Assembly (NCBI RefSeq): GCF_009914755.1
Contig: NC_060934.1
DNA from: the human T2T-CHM13v2.0 reference genome, Homo sapiens
DNA length: 64,000 bases
Strand: one strand, 5' to 3'
The position numbers and the translations under genes are program-made. The notes beneath the pieces were generated by a model. That model was not told the DNA's origin. It saw only the letters and a program-made list of their open reading frames with translations, and made no database searches. This document shows positions 46,348-61,900 of the stretch, piece after piece. Numbering within the stretch: position 1 is the first letter of the stretch; each line of letters begins with the position of its first letter.

Positions 46348-48109
46348 AGAAAAATGCTATGTCTTCTTTCAAATATTAAAAAATGCACGTGTACATTTTT
46401 GCTAACCTTAACTGCACAATTAGGATAGAAATAATACTAAAAAAAGTAATTGGCATAATTTAAGAAGACATTTAAATCCTATGCATACCACTAAAAGCAT
46501 TTAAAATTCTATTTGTTAGTAAATGTTTACAACAGATTTACTTCTAGACAAAATTTCTCCTCATTAACCTTTGTCTTAATTGTTCCAGTACACTTGTTTC
46601 TATCAGAACTAAAACACTATACAAATACAATCTTCTCCCAAAAAGAATTAAATGAACCTCCATGATAATGAGCATTAGATTAAAAATATCAATTATTTTC
46701 TATTTTTTGGCAGGATTACAATGTACAATATTAATAAAAATAATATTATTTTATTATTGTTTTAGGTTGTGGAAAGTACCAGTTACATGATGGAGGCAAA
46801 TTGCATACTCTCTTTGGAGTCACATATGTCTTGAATACAAATGATGGAGTTGGTATAAATCAGGATTCATTAAGCCAGATGGACAGAGAAGGTAGGAACA
46901 TAACCAAATTGAATAAAATGGGCTGAATATAAATTAATAGGGAGAGGAATGGAAGTTAGGAATGAGAGAGTATGTAACTACTGTACAATAATTCAAGTCT
47001 GGTGTGATTTGTAAATCAATAAAGGAAATTGAAAATTTTGTATATGTTTATGAACGATCAATGGGAATTTATTTTTTTAAAGCATCAATGACTACATTTG
47101 ATCTATGGGCTGTCAGTTTACGATTTTTAAAGCAGATTAACTATCTCTAATGTCTTTTCTAGTTCTACCATTCTGAACCTGATATAATGTGAGTTATCAT
47201 TCACTCTTCTTTCTGTTGAGTATAATCAAAATCTATTGCTCAATTTCAGAAGCAATGAATTATGGCCAAATGAAACATTTCTCAGAAGGTTTTCTAAAAA
47301 AATATTTTCTCTATTAAATTCATAAATCTTCAATTCATCCATTTATGAAAAAAATGCATCACTAGCTCTCTTCCAATTTAAGCTTTTCGCACCTGATTTA
47401 TAACAAATAATTGTGAGTGTCTGAAATGGAAGAATACTATCTTTCAAAGCTAAATTTACTGCCAATACAACTGACAAACTGCACTCTTAAAAGAAACACT
47501 TGAAACAGCTTCAGTAATGGAACTATACAGCTTACTGATGTAGCTTGAGATAGATACCAACTAGATGGCCATTTTCCAAAGATGGCTAAGAGGATGCTAA
47601 AGGAAATGGTTATTTAGCAGATATGAACTGGAACATGGGAGAGGCTAGTGGTTTCATGTTTTCATAATGGCCTTCAGTAAGGGCTTCCTCAAAGGCCCTT
47701 TCACAAGGCTTGACCTGAATTGGGTTTGATGTCCTTGCATATCCATGATGGCAGTGTTGGTTCCTATTTACTCCACAACGGCAATGCTTCTAACTTTCTT
47801 GGCCGTTTTAAACAAAATCTACAGGCTTTGACTAAAATTCCAAAATCACCTCAACTAAAACTGAAATAGAATCCGAAATAATATTTGTTTTATAAATATA
47901 TTTCCTCATTGTTACTATTTGCATTATCCTTACCTTCTAAATTTTACATGTAAAACAGCTGTGTATTTTCAAAATTAATAATATTTTTGTTTTTAATAAA
48001 AATGTTATTGAGAAATAAATTAAGATAAAAATACTGGCACAATGCCTATGCATTTCAGTATATTTATACTTCCTCCCAGAAAAGTTCAATGGTCTCAGAA
48101 TTTTTTGTA

Positions 48110-48659
48110 TTCTTATTTATTTTTTAATTGGCAAATAGAAATTTTATATACTTATGGTGTACAACATGATGTTTTGAAATACGTATACACTGTAGAATGG
48201 CTAAATTAAACTACCATTTGACTACCTCACAAGTTTATTAGTGGTGAGAACATGTAAAATCTATTCCCTTAGCAATGTACAATATTGTACATTGTTGTCA
48301 ACTATGGTCACCATGTTGTAAAAGAAATCTCTTCAATTTATTCTTCTAACAGAAATTTTGTATCTTTTGACAAATATCTCCCCAATCCTTCCCTTCCTAC
48401 CCAGCCCCATGTAACCATTTTTTTACGCTCTACTTTCATGAGTTCAGCTGTTTTAGATTCCATATATATTAGCTTTATTAGATCACTATTAGAACATGCA
48501 GTTTTTTTCTCTGTGCCTGATGCATTTTAGTTAACATAATGTCCTCCAGATTTGAGACAAATGAACGTATTTGAGACAAAATAGAATACTAAAGTCTAGG
48601 TTCATTCACATTGTCCCAAATAAAAGAATTCCCTTCATTTTTAAGGCTGAGTAATATTT

Positions 48660-48708
<49 letters not shown>

Positions 48709-48985
48709 ATTTTCTTTATCCATTCATTCACTGATAGATATTTTGTTTGACTCCATATCCTATTATAAATAATGCTGCAATAATCATGGGAGTGCAGATA
48801 TCTCTTCCACCAATAGCCTGATTTAAAAATGGACCAAGGAGCAGAATAGATAGTTCCAAAAGAAGACATACAAATGACCAGTAAATATGTGAAAAAAATG
48901 TTCAATATGAGTAATGATCAGAAAAATAAAAGTTAAATCTACAATGAGATATCACCTCACATCTATTAGAGTAACTATTAATAAA
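48110..48985 (-). mobile_element. L1MA-like 3' fragment with an orientation switch at ~48810
   Basis: Reverse L1 3'UTR to ...gcagatatctcttc, then forward ORF2-end sequence (aaagaagacatacaaatgacc...atgagatatcacctcac). Confidence 0.75.
48665..48705. repeat. (TA)n microsatellite, about 20 units
   Basis: Direct inspection. Confidence 0.97.
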
Positions 48986-49609
48986 TCCACTTCATATAAC
49001 TTGTGTGTGAATATGTCTCTCACCAGGTTCAGGCACTGGTAATACTGCAGCCCAGAATGCAGTGGAGGGAAGCATTTGAGTTCCTATTCCGGCTGGTTCA
49101 CATAGTGACACTGTGTGCTATCTTCCACACGGTGAGAGTTTTCCCTTAGGATCAGTTATTAGTGAACTTCCTTCACACTGACCTAAAATGTTTCTGTTTT
49201 TCGTCTACTCATCTCACTTTTCACCTGAACCCCTGGTAACCAATGATCTTTTTACTGCCTCTATATGTTTAACTTTTCTAGAATGTCACATGGATGAAAT
49301 CATACAGTATGTAGTTTTTTTGGACTGGCCTCTTTCCTTATCAATATGTGCTTAAGTTTCCTCTATGTCTTTTTGTATTGTGATATCTCATTTCACTTTA
49401 TTGCTGAATAATATTACAATGTATTGGATGTATCACAAATAACTGCACTTTTGTAAGAAGAAAACTGATCAAAATAACTCCAAAATGGTTTAAAGTAAAT
49501 ATTTGCAGATTAAATGCAAACCGAAAAAGTTAACTGCTTTGGAATTCGCATGCACAATACTTACAATATAACCTCATGAAGATATAAACTAATTCATACA
49601 TATCCTTTT

Positions 49610-49897
49610 TGTTTTGTTTAGACGGAGTCTCGCTCTATCGCCCAGACTGGAGTGCAGTGGCGCGATCTCGGCTCACTGCAACCTGTGGCTCCCACGTTCA
49701 AGCAATTCTCTGCCTCAGCCTCCTGAGTAGCTGGGATTACAGGCGCCCACCACCACACCTGGCTAATTTTTTGTATTTTTAGTAGAGATGAGGTTTCACC
49801 ACCTTGGCCAGGCTGGTCTTGAACTCCTGACCTCATGATCCACCCATCTCGGCCTCTCAAAGTGCAGGATTACAGGTGTGAACCACCGCACCTGGCC
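49610..49897 (-). mobile_element. AluS
   Basis: Reverse dimer; 15-bp TSD cata(c/t)atatcctttt. Confidence 0.94.
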
Positions 49898-50862
49898 CAT
49901 ATATATCCTTTTAATATTTCTAAGTGTTTTTTGAAAATATAGATTACAATAAATCTTTCAACTGAGTATATATTAACTAATTTTCTGAATAATGACTATA
50001 GTAGAATAACATAATTTGCAATGTCTAAATGTTAGACCCAGTTTTTACCGTATAAATATAGATGAAACAATTACAATTTAAAATCTACTTTTATTGTTGA
50101 GTTCAAGAAGTAACAATAAAAGTAAATGTTGTATGTGTCAAATAAAGCTTCTAATTATTTTAAAAGCCAGGCAATTTAGGATATAAAAGTGTTTGTAAAT
50201 AGATGCTATAAAATTTCACTAGGATTCAATCTGGCTCTATTGCTTTCTTTGTACTAAGAGACAAATCTAATTTATTTTGACATGTTTGAGTTCAATATAT
50301 TTGCAAATCAGTACCAATTAAGATACTGTTTTTCTACCTACTATGAGAGGATTTAATAAAAATGGGAAGGGAAGAATAAAAAAAAAACACCCACTAGAAC
50401 TCCGATTATTTATAATCTTGGAGTAATTGCATCAGAGTGATCTAATTTTACATATTTAAATAAGAAAAACAGTTTAAAAAAGACATGAATCAGGAGAGAG
50501 ATGCTAGTTCTTCCAGAATACTTAGGATGGATTTTAGATAAGAAAATTAATGAAGGGCCAAAAGACTAGACACTGCTTTTTACGTATGTTCCAAAGAATG
50601 CGTGCTTTCTGTCACTAAGAGTTTTGCTTCTATTCAGTTCCTTAAAGAATCTTCATCTGGAGGATACAAAAACTGAAGTATAAACAATTTATCCAAATAT
50701 TTGAAAGCAAAAACTGCAATCTAAGGTGTTTGGTTTTTCCTTTGCTTAAATTATTATATTGTTCTCATTAAAATAGTGTGTTCTAATCTCTCATAGTCAT
50801 TGGCTCTTAAAGCTTAAATCCATAAGAATGCGCTGGAGAAATTTTTTAAACTTACTAAAGTA

Positions 50863-51080
50863 CAGAAGATCCCTGATTTATGATGGTTTGACTTTCGGTT
50901 TTTTACTTTACTATGGGTATGAAAGTAATATACATTCAGTATGCTCCTGGACTTACAACGGGGTTAGGTCCTGATAAACCCATCCCTGTTTGTCTACTGC
51001 CCTACCTTAATTATTATAGAGGGCCCTTCTCACTCTCAAAAGTGCCCTGCTTTGGACAATAAATTATATGGTCTTACCTA
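50863..51080. mobile_element. DNA transposon fossils (MER47/Tigger5-like followed by MER96B-like)
   Basis: gacttacaacggggtt..cctgataaacccat; ctctcaaaagtgccc..ggacaataaattatatggtc. Confidence 0.6.
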
Positions 51081-52356
51081 TGCTGGAAACTATATGGATA
51101 TATTAAAGTAGCAAATTTATTCCTCTCGCTTGAAAATTTACAATTTTTTTTTAGTGAGACCGAGTGTACAGGTAATCAGAATTCTGTTTTGAATTATACA
51201 TTATTTGACATTAATATAGTAATTTCTGCTTTCCCTTGTTTGTAATTGCCAGATATACATTTTCTGTTCACTCTATTTTTGTGCATGTGATTTTGGTTTA
51301 AGTACATTACTTAATGGCATAAAATCATGTGTGAAAAGTTTACCAGAGGTAAAAAGCATTCTTAGAAGATTAAGTAAATGGCACAGCTATTAAGCACCGG
51401 AGGAGTTGGGAAATGAATGACTTATCCATTATAAATTGGTGATAAAAATGTGATGATTTTGAATCAAGATTTAAATAGTATAAAATTCTACTTTCCATGG
51501 AGATTGTGGAAGCACAAAGTGACTTCCATTAAGAGGATATGCATATGTCATTTGCCTGTTTAACACCATTCAATGTCTTCAAATTTCTCTGTGATAATGA
51601 ACAAAGTTTTTAGTATGACTCAGTAAGTCCCTTCACAGTCCAACTCTCCCTACTTCTCCAGACTCATCACCATAGGACTCCATTTAGTATGCTATTTTGT
51701 CTCAAATATGTTTGCATTGATTACTAATAAAATAAAATTAATGTATCCTACTGTATGTTTTACTTGGATCAAAATTTCCCATAGATACAATACAATGAAA
51801 TAATGGGACGTATAAAATCACTCTTTGTATTGAAAAGTTTGTGCTAAATTCTAAACAGTGGATGTAAGTTGAACTGTTTGGACTTGAGTCCTTTGTTGAA
51901 GGAAGACTTGCTTCACTCTGCTACATGAGCAAATGCCAAAATGTGTATAACCTTGGAAATGTGAAAGAGAAATTAAATTCCATGTAGGTGCACAGGGAAC
52001 CTATCAAAACTGTAATGAAAGATTGTCAGAATCATTTTGTCAATAGTTAAATGGGCGAAACCTATTATGTTTGAGGCAAGGTTTTAATAGTGCCATAAAA
52101 AGACAGGAAAGGCTATCTTCAGGTAAAGCCAGCTCTTACATTGGACAACAAATCTAAATTAAAATAGAAAACAATTTTAGCAATCGAGTTATGCTCTCTG
52201 CATATGCATTTGTTTTACATTATTTTAATAGTCTTCAGACAGCTTTCATTAACTTATTTGCAATCAAGACAAATCATTCTTTCCAAACTATTGTTCATCT
52301 TATTAAAATCTTTTCTCAAAATCTGTAAGTCCAAACTTGGAAGGTTTTATAAGAAT

Positions 52357-52563
52357 GATAGCCTGGGCAATATAGCAAGACACTGTCACTACAAAATAAT
52401 TAAAAAAAAAATTAGCTGGGCATGGTGGCATGCACCTAAAGTCGCAGCTACTTAGGAGGCTGAGGGCTGAGATGGAAGATTGCTTGCAGTGAGCTATGAC
52501 CGAGCCATTGCACCACAGCCTGGAAGACAGAATGAGATCTTGTCTCTAAAAAGAAAAAAAAAA
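52357..52563 (+). mobile_element. 5'-truncated AluJ-like
   Basis: agcctgggcaatatagcaagac...gcagtgagctatga...A tail. Confidence 0.85.
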
Positions 52564-54481
52564 TGATGGCTATGTTCCTCAACATAAGGTAATTTTAATT
52601 CTCTTTAATAATGAAATGTTAACTAGACCTGCTCACTTGCTATTTCTTTGGCCACTGTGATAATATTACTTGCATTTTCATAGTTTACAAAAATGAATGC
52701 CTTGATTATAAATTATACTTTTTCTGTTTTGTATATCAAGAGGTATAATGCTAATCCTTTGTTAAATATACTCTAATTTTATTCTTTAATATAAAGCTTC
52801 TTGAGAAACTTATTTTAAGTATAAATTGTGTAAAACTTTCAACCTGTCATTTATTACAAAACTAATTCGTATGAATCAACCAACTAGCAATTTTTTATTT
52901 TAACAGAGAAAGTGGTAAGATTATCTTTTGAAGAAGAGTTAAAGTTTTTCAAAATTTCAGAATGTTCACATGTATAATATTCTGATTTTGAATTTGATAT
53001 ATTAAATTTTAATAATAATAGAAATTGAAAAGGACTTATAGTATATTCTCTGAGTTTAGCAATATATCAACTTAAGAGGTTAACAAATATAACTTAGGGA
53101 TATTTGCCCTTATTTTATTATATATATACCAGTATAAATTTTGAATTTAGGTTGTTATGGAAATTACACTTGCAAATATACAAATCTTAAAAATTAACAT
53201 GAATGTGACACTAAATCATGCAATGGTTAATATTCAAGTTGATACATTTCCATTTTTAAATAAAAAACAAAGGCCTACCTATATAGGTGGCATATATCTT
53301 TGAAAATTTTGCAATTAATTGTATTTGGCAAATTTTTTGATAAATTGTGTAATATAATGCATTTCCCACTCAAAATCAATATTCACATTTAGACTCTATG
53401 ATCTATTCCAGACGTGTTGACCTTTTCATGATATTTACTTTTAAAACTGATGACAAGTGAATTTCAGTGTGTATAAGTCTTAGTCCATCATCCTGAAATG
53501 AAGGTCAAATGTCATTCTCATTCTTCAGAAGGCTAACTTACTTCACCTATGGGAGTCAATGTAATCTCAAGTAGTATGTGTTTGAACTACTATTAGGATT
53601 TTGCTATTTCTGTAGGGTTTAAATGAAAGATATATAAAAGGAATTTAATGACTCTGACATTGTAACTAATTTCTAAAATATATAAAGAGATAATTGACCG
53701 AAAATCTCTTAGTAAATATGAACATGCAGTGACAATGAGAGTATGCCTCTCAGATCTTCAACTACAGGAAGCACAATTGGTCAAGGTCCCAGTTACTGTG
53801 GACTGAAATCTGTTTATGTTTGTATGAAGGACATAGTTCCTAAGGGCTGCTTAAGGAGTCAAGTATTGAAATGATTATTAGGCCAACTAAATGATCTCTA
53901 TAGTCTATTTCATTCATTGCATAATGTGAATTTGAGAAAAGAATTTTTATGAATAAGATTAACACATTTTTCTCAATTTCTAATGAAAAACAAATTGTAG
54001 AAAATGATTTAAACAAAGATATGCAATTGTAAATAGATATGAAGAAACTACCTAATCACTTGAATGGTTAAAAAATCAAAGTTTATAATTGGAATATTTC
54101 TGTGTAATAGGGATATTACCCGGACTTAATTCATTTCCCTCCCACCCCCACCAAAAAATGAAGCTAGTTGGAGATAATTTTGAGAAAGAGAGGTGGAGGA
54201 TGTTTCAACAATAAAGAATGAAGAAATGCCATTAGCTTTTTAAGAACTCTTTGTTTAGCTCTTTGTTCAAGGAAAGATAGTAGAGCAAGAAGGAAGAATG
54301 ATCACATGGGGCATGCAAATTCTAAGACACTAATATCATTGTTATATCTTTGTCAAAAATAGAAACTGAAGGAACCAAATAAAAGAGAAACAATGCATGT
54401 GGAAGATTTGTTACAATTTGAGATTTTTGGTCGTGTGTATGCTTCTAAAATATACAAACGTTTGTTTACAGTTGTAGAAAA

Positions 54482-56011
54482 TGTCACAGGATCCTTGGGA
54501 TGTTGCTTTTCCAGTAGGAAGCCTCTGTGGCTGGTGGCACCTTTACATGAATTTTTTTCAGGCCTACTGGGCTTGTTTCACCCACTCAGCCTGGCAGGCT
54601 TCACTTGGCTTCTTCTACCGGCCCAGATCCCATGCCTGCCAAGGGTGAGCCAGGTGCAGAGCAGCAAGGTGGGGATGAGAGTGAGTGTGGGGTCCACCAC
54701 TGTGCACAGCCAGGCACGCTGGCTGCTGTGGTGGGAAGGGTGGCCCCAGGTGCCAGCACAGATGCCAGCTCCATACAAGCCAGTGGCTGGATCTGGTGCA
54801 CTGCAAGCAGATTCCACTGAAGGCACCCATGTCTGGATGAGGAGAACGTGGTGGCACCCAGTAGATTGGAGACAACAGAAACCAGAGTCCCAAAGACGGT
54901 GTCATAGCCCTGGCTCAGGGAGCTCCTAGGTCTGGGATCCCTGAAGGGCCACTTCGCTTCTCTTCTCTCCTTCTCATTGCCCACAATGTGGCAAGCGGGG
55001 AGGCATGTTTCAGCCCTGCTGGTATTACTGCTCTTTCAGTCCTGCCATTCAGCAGGTCCCAAGTTCTTGTCCCACATCTAGGAAGAATTAGGTATATAGC
55101 CATCTGAAGGGTGAGCAAGGCAAAGAGGTGCTTCATTGAGCAACAGTACATCTCTCAGGAGACCTGAAATAGGCAGCTCCTATATGCAGGCAGGCTGTCC
55201 CGATGTCTGCAGCCCTCAGTGGCGAGGAGACCCAGAGTGGGTAGCTCCTATCCTCAAGCAGGTTGTCCTGATGTCTGCCTGAGTCTGGTTGAGACTGGGG
55301 TTTTTATGGGCTTCAGAAGGGAGAAAGTGATATTGCTGATTGGTCCATGGGCAGCCATGGGCAGCCATAGGCAGCCTGGAGAAAGCACCATAAGTTCTCA
55401 CTCCAGTCCAGGGAACTGGCAGGCTGGGCACCAGCCTTCAGGCAATCCTTGGCTAGAAGGTGGGGTTTCACCAGACCCATCCCTTTCCACCCAGGAGCCT
55501 GTCTGCCTTCTGCTGCCATTCATGGCACCCAGGCTGTTTGTGCCCAAGAGGTTCCTGCAGGCCCGCTCCAGGCCACCCCCAGCCCCACCTTGGCTTCTCT
55601 CCCATGCTCATTGGTGCCCAAAGTCCAGAGTGGGCTGAGGTGGCAAGGGGCTGGTATGTCAGCACCACATGAGTGTGGGAACACACAGCCAGGTGGTGAC
55701 AATGCTCGGGGCTTGATGACAGCTTTGCTCTGAAATTGGAGCAGGCCCTGGAAGCAGGGAGAGGCCAGGCATTGGGAGAACACACTTTGAGCATGCAGCA
55801 GGAGGGGGGCCCAGGTCCACAGTCTCAGCTGGGTGATTGCACCTGCACCTGAGAGCTCTGGGCTCCAGCCCCTCCAACTCAGAAGTGGGTGGGGCCCCTG
55901 CCTGTTCTCAGCTCTCACTGACTCTGCAGAGTGCATAGCCCCAGCTGTGTTTCCCTGGTTGCAGCCAGCGTCTTTGCAGCAAATGCTCCAGACAGGTCGC
56001 TGTTGTCATCA
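54482..56011 (-). mobile_element. MER52-family ERV1 solo LTR, about 1.53 kb, sense to PCDH15
   Basis: Reverse complement begins tgatgacaacagcgacctgtctgg and ends caaggatcctgtgaca; GC-rich; source of the ORF cluster 54393-56021. Confidence 0.88.
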
Positions 56012-56585
56012 AAAGGAATAGTATACAGTATGAAGAGATATATATTTCAAAAGTTTTAAGAAGAACTCATTGTTTTCTGGATAGAACAATTGATCATTAA
56101 TGACAAATGAAGCACACAATGTCTTGATCCTCCATTTCACCTAAGTGACTCCATAAAAGATTGATGTGAAAAGGTCAAGAAATTAACAAAATGAGTCTGT
56201 TTCAATTACTATAACAGCCCTACAAAGCAAAGAGAATCAAGTGTATAGTAATTCTTATCTACTATAACTCTGGCCATTATAAAAGTAAACATATGAGGCA
56301 ATTTTCTTGCCATTATGTGATTACTCCTACCCTTAATGATTATTGAAAGCCAGCCACCAGGAAATAACATCAGTTCACAGGATTTGAAAAAAAAAATCAA
56401 ATCTTTTCCCAATACATATAAAATATCTTAATATTATAAATTATAAACCAGAAAAACATCATTTTCCTTGAGAAATGTGTTTTTAAATAATGACAACCTA
56501 ATTTATTTTATTGAGTATAGGGTTGTCTTTGTAAAATTCTTCAATAATTTTCAAACTTCATTAAGGGAGCATTAGCAGAAAGTAA

Positions 56586-56912
<327 letters not shown>

Positions 56913-59900
56913 GTAAAGAAGTTTTTAAATATGCAAATGAAACAGAGGCAGAGCATGATTAACTATGTGGAAGAAGGGGCTGGTTTTTTATTATGTTGTT
57001 ACTTTTACATAAGTCAGAAAGCCTACTAATTATCTGTCATCAAAACTTCACAGGCAAACCAGTAGGTTTTTCCTTTAGTAAATATTAAAGTACTTACTGT
57101 GGTGTTTATTACTTGTGTCTATTATTTTGCTATTTTACAATTTTGGAAGAAGACAATGATAGGTCTATTGTTATATTCCAGCAACTAATCAATTACCAAT
57201 AGAACAACATAGAAGTGCTTTCAATTCTAAAAAAAGAACAATGGATTTTGTTTCTCTGTCTAGCTAGAACTGGTATACTGAAAAACGTATGCCAAATAGT
57301 AAATGCGAACTCTGAACCATTTTTGATCAAGGTCTTCACAATGCTAGTTTTCAGCTCATAACTCAAATTTACACTTTGCCATTATGCTTTCATTTTTATT
57401 TTCTTTATATTTTACTTCTGTGACCAAGACACTGCAACTTCTCAGAAAACTGGAGAAAGTAATTCATTGTATAAAATATTCAACCTTTAGCTTGAAGTCC
57501 AGAAAGGTTTGGCTTGGAATATGTAATGTTAATACTCATTAAACTGAAATCACTAAAAATACAGATTTTTAAAACAACCAGAAATGTTAATCTGAGATTT
57601 GCTTTGAATTAAGAAAATAAATATTCATTCTCTTGATATTTTAAGAACAATTTACTTCACTAACGCATATTTAAATGTAAAAATGTTTCTATTCTATCAT
57701 TAGCTCATGTACCCCATGGTGCATTCTAACTAATCAGTCATTTTAAAATCACTGTGGCAATTAAAATCTATGAATCTGTAAATTGTTTACAATCACATGT
57801 TTAATGTGCTAGGTCTTCACCTACACCATTTCCCCTTTTTCCTCAACAACTGAGGTTGAACTAGGACACAGTTGCCTAGCAAGGAACAGCATTCCTCTCC
57901 CCTAGTTAGAGCTAAATGTAGACCCGTACCTGGATTCTCACAACGTAATGTGAGCTGAACTGAAATGTGCAATTCTCACCTCACTTGGTTAAGGAAATCT
58001 CTAGATGTGGACTTCTGTCTGGTTTCCCCTTTCTGCTGACTAAAATGGTAATAATGAGTTATTTTGAAATAGAGTGTTGAAGATGGTGACCCCTGAGTTG
58101 TCCCAGGTCCCTGAACTTTAAACCATTGATATTTGGTGGTTTCCTATTACAGTGACCTAAACTACCCTAACTCAGTCTGATTACCCTGAGATTTAATGAT
58201 TTAATGACTGTCTAATAGAAATAAGTCAACGGAGTCAGTGACAGAACGGGGACGTATGGGTCAATAATTCAGTTAAACATTCTACGATAAATAAATACTT
58301 TATCTTTAAAATCTCTCTTTTATACCTAATCATTTGTTAAATGCTAATTTTTCCTATGGAATTCAAACACAAGTATTGGAACGAAGACATTCCTGAGATG
58401 TAAAAGCCATGTGTACCTCAGCTTACAGTGCTAGATTACTGCTTTCCATTTGTAACACATTACCTTCCCCTACACCCTACAAAGAACATAAATCTTGAGC
58501 TATCATTTTTATATTTCCCCCAAATTTGATCACAAGAAGTAGAAGTTTTTTCACTAGGAGCAATCCCAACACGAAAGACCATCCTAATAATCAAAAATTA
58601 ATAATGTCATTTAGCATCTCTGGGAATAATGTGCATCCAGTTGAGGCAGTAAAATGAATTTGAAAAAATTAGAGAAGAATGAGGCATATGAGGTTGGCAG
58701 AAACCATTCTGTGCTTCACTTTTTTTCATTAAGAAAGGAAAGTGTGTTGGCCTCTAAAGCAGCCTGAAATGGCATAGGCATATTGCCAAAGCTAGCAATT
58801 GAACATATTAAAAGAAAATACCATACAGAAATAAAAATATTCTACCATGAATATTTTCATATTTCCATATATTCATATTTTGCAATATGAATGAGAATGA
58901 CTTTTAAATATGATTAATTAATTATGCGATTAGTTGTTGGAAACTAATAAAATGTTGAACAACTTATATTAGTTGAAACAACAGTAGCTAATAGGACTAA
59001 GCCTGCTCAGGAAATGATGCAGACCACTTAGTTCCATATTTTTTTGGCCAGAAATCAGTCAAACGGCAGAATTCAGAATTCATCCCTAGTTAATAAGGAG
59101 AGGAAATGTAATCCAGCTATATGCCCGTGAGAAAAAGGATTTAGGAGGCATCCAGATACTGCTATGTATTTCCTCAATGGTCTTCAAAAAGAATGAAGAG
59201 ATAATTGAAGATGATAATCATTAGCCTTAAGTTTCTTTATAGTTCAGTTAAAATTTTGGTTCAAATTTAGACCTATATAAACATTTATATTCAATTATTT
59301 GCATTTATCCAAAAAGTAGTGTCCTTGTTCATATTTGGCATAACATTTATTTTTCAAATTTTCTGGTTATTTGATAAAAAATTAATCCTTTTAAGTACTC
59401 AAGTACTACTAAATGCATTATGATCAAGATACTGATTCTTAGCATCTCTGGGAGTTATGTGTGTACAGTTGTGTATATTATTAATACACAGTAGGATGCA
59501 ACAAGATTACCAAATTCTCTTTATAACTCAGAATAACAAATGAACTGGGATAATCAAGGGCAATTTTGTAATTGTTAGAATTCTGGAAGATCAAAATTCT
59601 CCCACATGTACCCATGTGACTGTTGTTAATTTTAGTACCATATAATTGGCTAACTTTTGCTCTCTAAGTTAACAACAACTTTATTAAGAGAATCTATTTG
59701 TAGTTAATAGTTCTATGCAGAGACGGTATGAAATGGTAAATTATACGTTGAACAACACATTCGCATTTTTAAAACATGGCATTAAGCAAAGATACTTAAT
59801 AAAGAAAGTTAAATGAGCAATGCCCTGTTTCAATTTATGACCTTGGCCTCAATGCCACAATATTTTAGCTAAAAGAGAAGTCTAGAGGCATATTTCTATT

Positions 59901-60234
59901 GACAAGGAAATGAGCTCTAAATGAAAACCTAGAGAAACAGTACACCACTTAAGTTTATTTAAAGAGGAAGTTTAAGCAATATATCACTTTCTTCTCTTGG
60001 AGTTTCCAAAGATAATTAGACTTGCCGCAAGGGGCTTTGAAGAACACAGATGGGAATTTTAAGTTAAAACTGTGAGCGTTTTTTTGGATCCACTTAGAAG
60101 ACTAAGTATATTTTTTGAGAACACCTGATCTAGATAATTTAGTGAGAAACAAAGTGAGTTTATATCCGTCCTGTTCTTGAGAACTCCAAAATTAACATGT
60201 TCAGAGAAGTTCTTCCAAAACAGAAAACTGTGCA

Positions 60235-60588
60235 TAGGAGTCCCCCTTTATTTATGGGGGATATACTCCAAGACCTCCACTAGAAGCCTGGAACTTCAGA
60301 TGACACCAAAGCCTATATTTACTATGTTTTTTTTTTTTTCCTGATAACCCAGACAGTTACTAAGTGACTGATGGGCAGCCTGGATACAATGGACAAAGGA
60401 ATGATTCAGCTCCAGGGCAGAGTGACACAGGACAGCACAAGATTTCATCATGATACTCAGAATGCCATACAATTTAAAACTTACGAATTGTTTATTTCTG
60501 GAATTTTCCACTTAATATTTTCTGACCACGGTTGACCTCGGGCAACAAACTGTGAAAAATGATACTGTGGATAAGGAGGGGACTACTG
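60235..60588 (-). mobile_element. MER44 (Tigger7-derived) DNA transposon
   Basis: Inverted ends gtccccctt...aaggaggggactactg; aattgtttatttctggaattttcca core. Confidence 0.8.
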
Positions 60589-61339
60589 TATTCCATAGCA
60601 AAGAATTGGAATCCAATCCAAAGGATTGGAAGCACAGGTTACTGTGTCAGAAAAAAAAGGAAAATAATAGATAATAATGTACATGTGGGTGAGAATAACC
60701 TTTTAAAACAGATTAAACAAGAATTCTTATTTGTTTTACATATGGTTTACATCTCGATGATTTACATACATGCTATGGAAGATTTTCTGGTAATTATATT
60801 ACATAATTTAATTTTGTGTAGATTCTTCTAAACGCAGCTTTGTATGAGAGGATGAAACTGCTTGGTTCAGTGGGTTAAGTGCTTGCAGATGTATCCCTCA
60901 CCTACCTTATTCCTCAGTACCTTAGCTGCTGTTCTAGCTTAAAATTATTAATTCATTCTAAGAAAGTAAAAAACACTAAAGTCATCCTAGAACATGATCA
61001 AGTTCTCCATTACCTGAAATATTCATTTTTCATTATCCTCAATTATTATCATCATCCAACTTTCAATTTTTCTTTGGATAGACTAAACTACTAAAATATT
61101 CTGGAATTTAATGTAGACTCCCACACCCCTTATTTATATTTCTGCATAGGCTGAATATTTGGTGTGGAATATCCATCTATATCTTTTTGGATTGACTAAA
61201 CTCTACATTTCCTTCAATCTACAACTTAAAACTGTGTTAATCATGTTCAAATATAGTTAAGTGTCCCTTAGCCTGCTTCCTCAATACTGTGATCTTATTT
61301 CTACCATTGTGTTCTCACAGTGTATTATATTTTTCATAT

Positions 61340-61899
<560 letters not shown>

Positions 61900-61900
<1 letters not shown>

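Noticed and set aside
54393-56021. ORF cluster up to 178 aa
   Set aside because: Lies almost entirely within the MER52 LTR; compositional artefact
58870-58895. 9-bp AT-rich hairpin attcatatt/aatatgaat
   Set aside because: Expected by chance at this base composition
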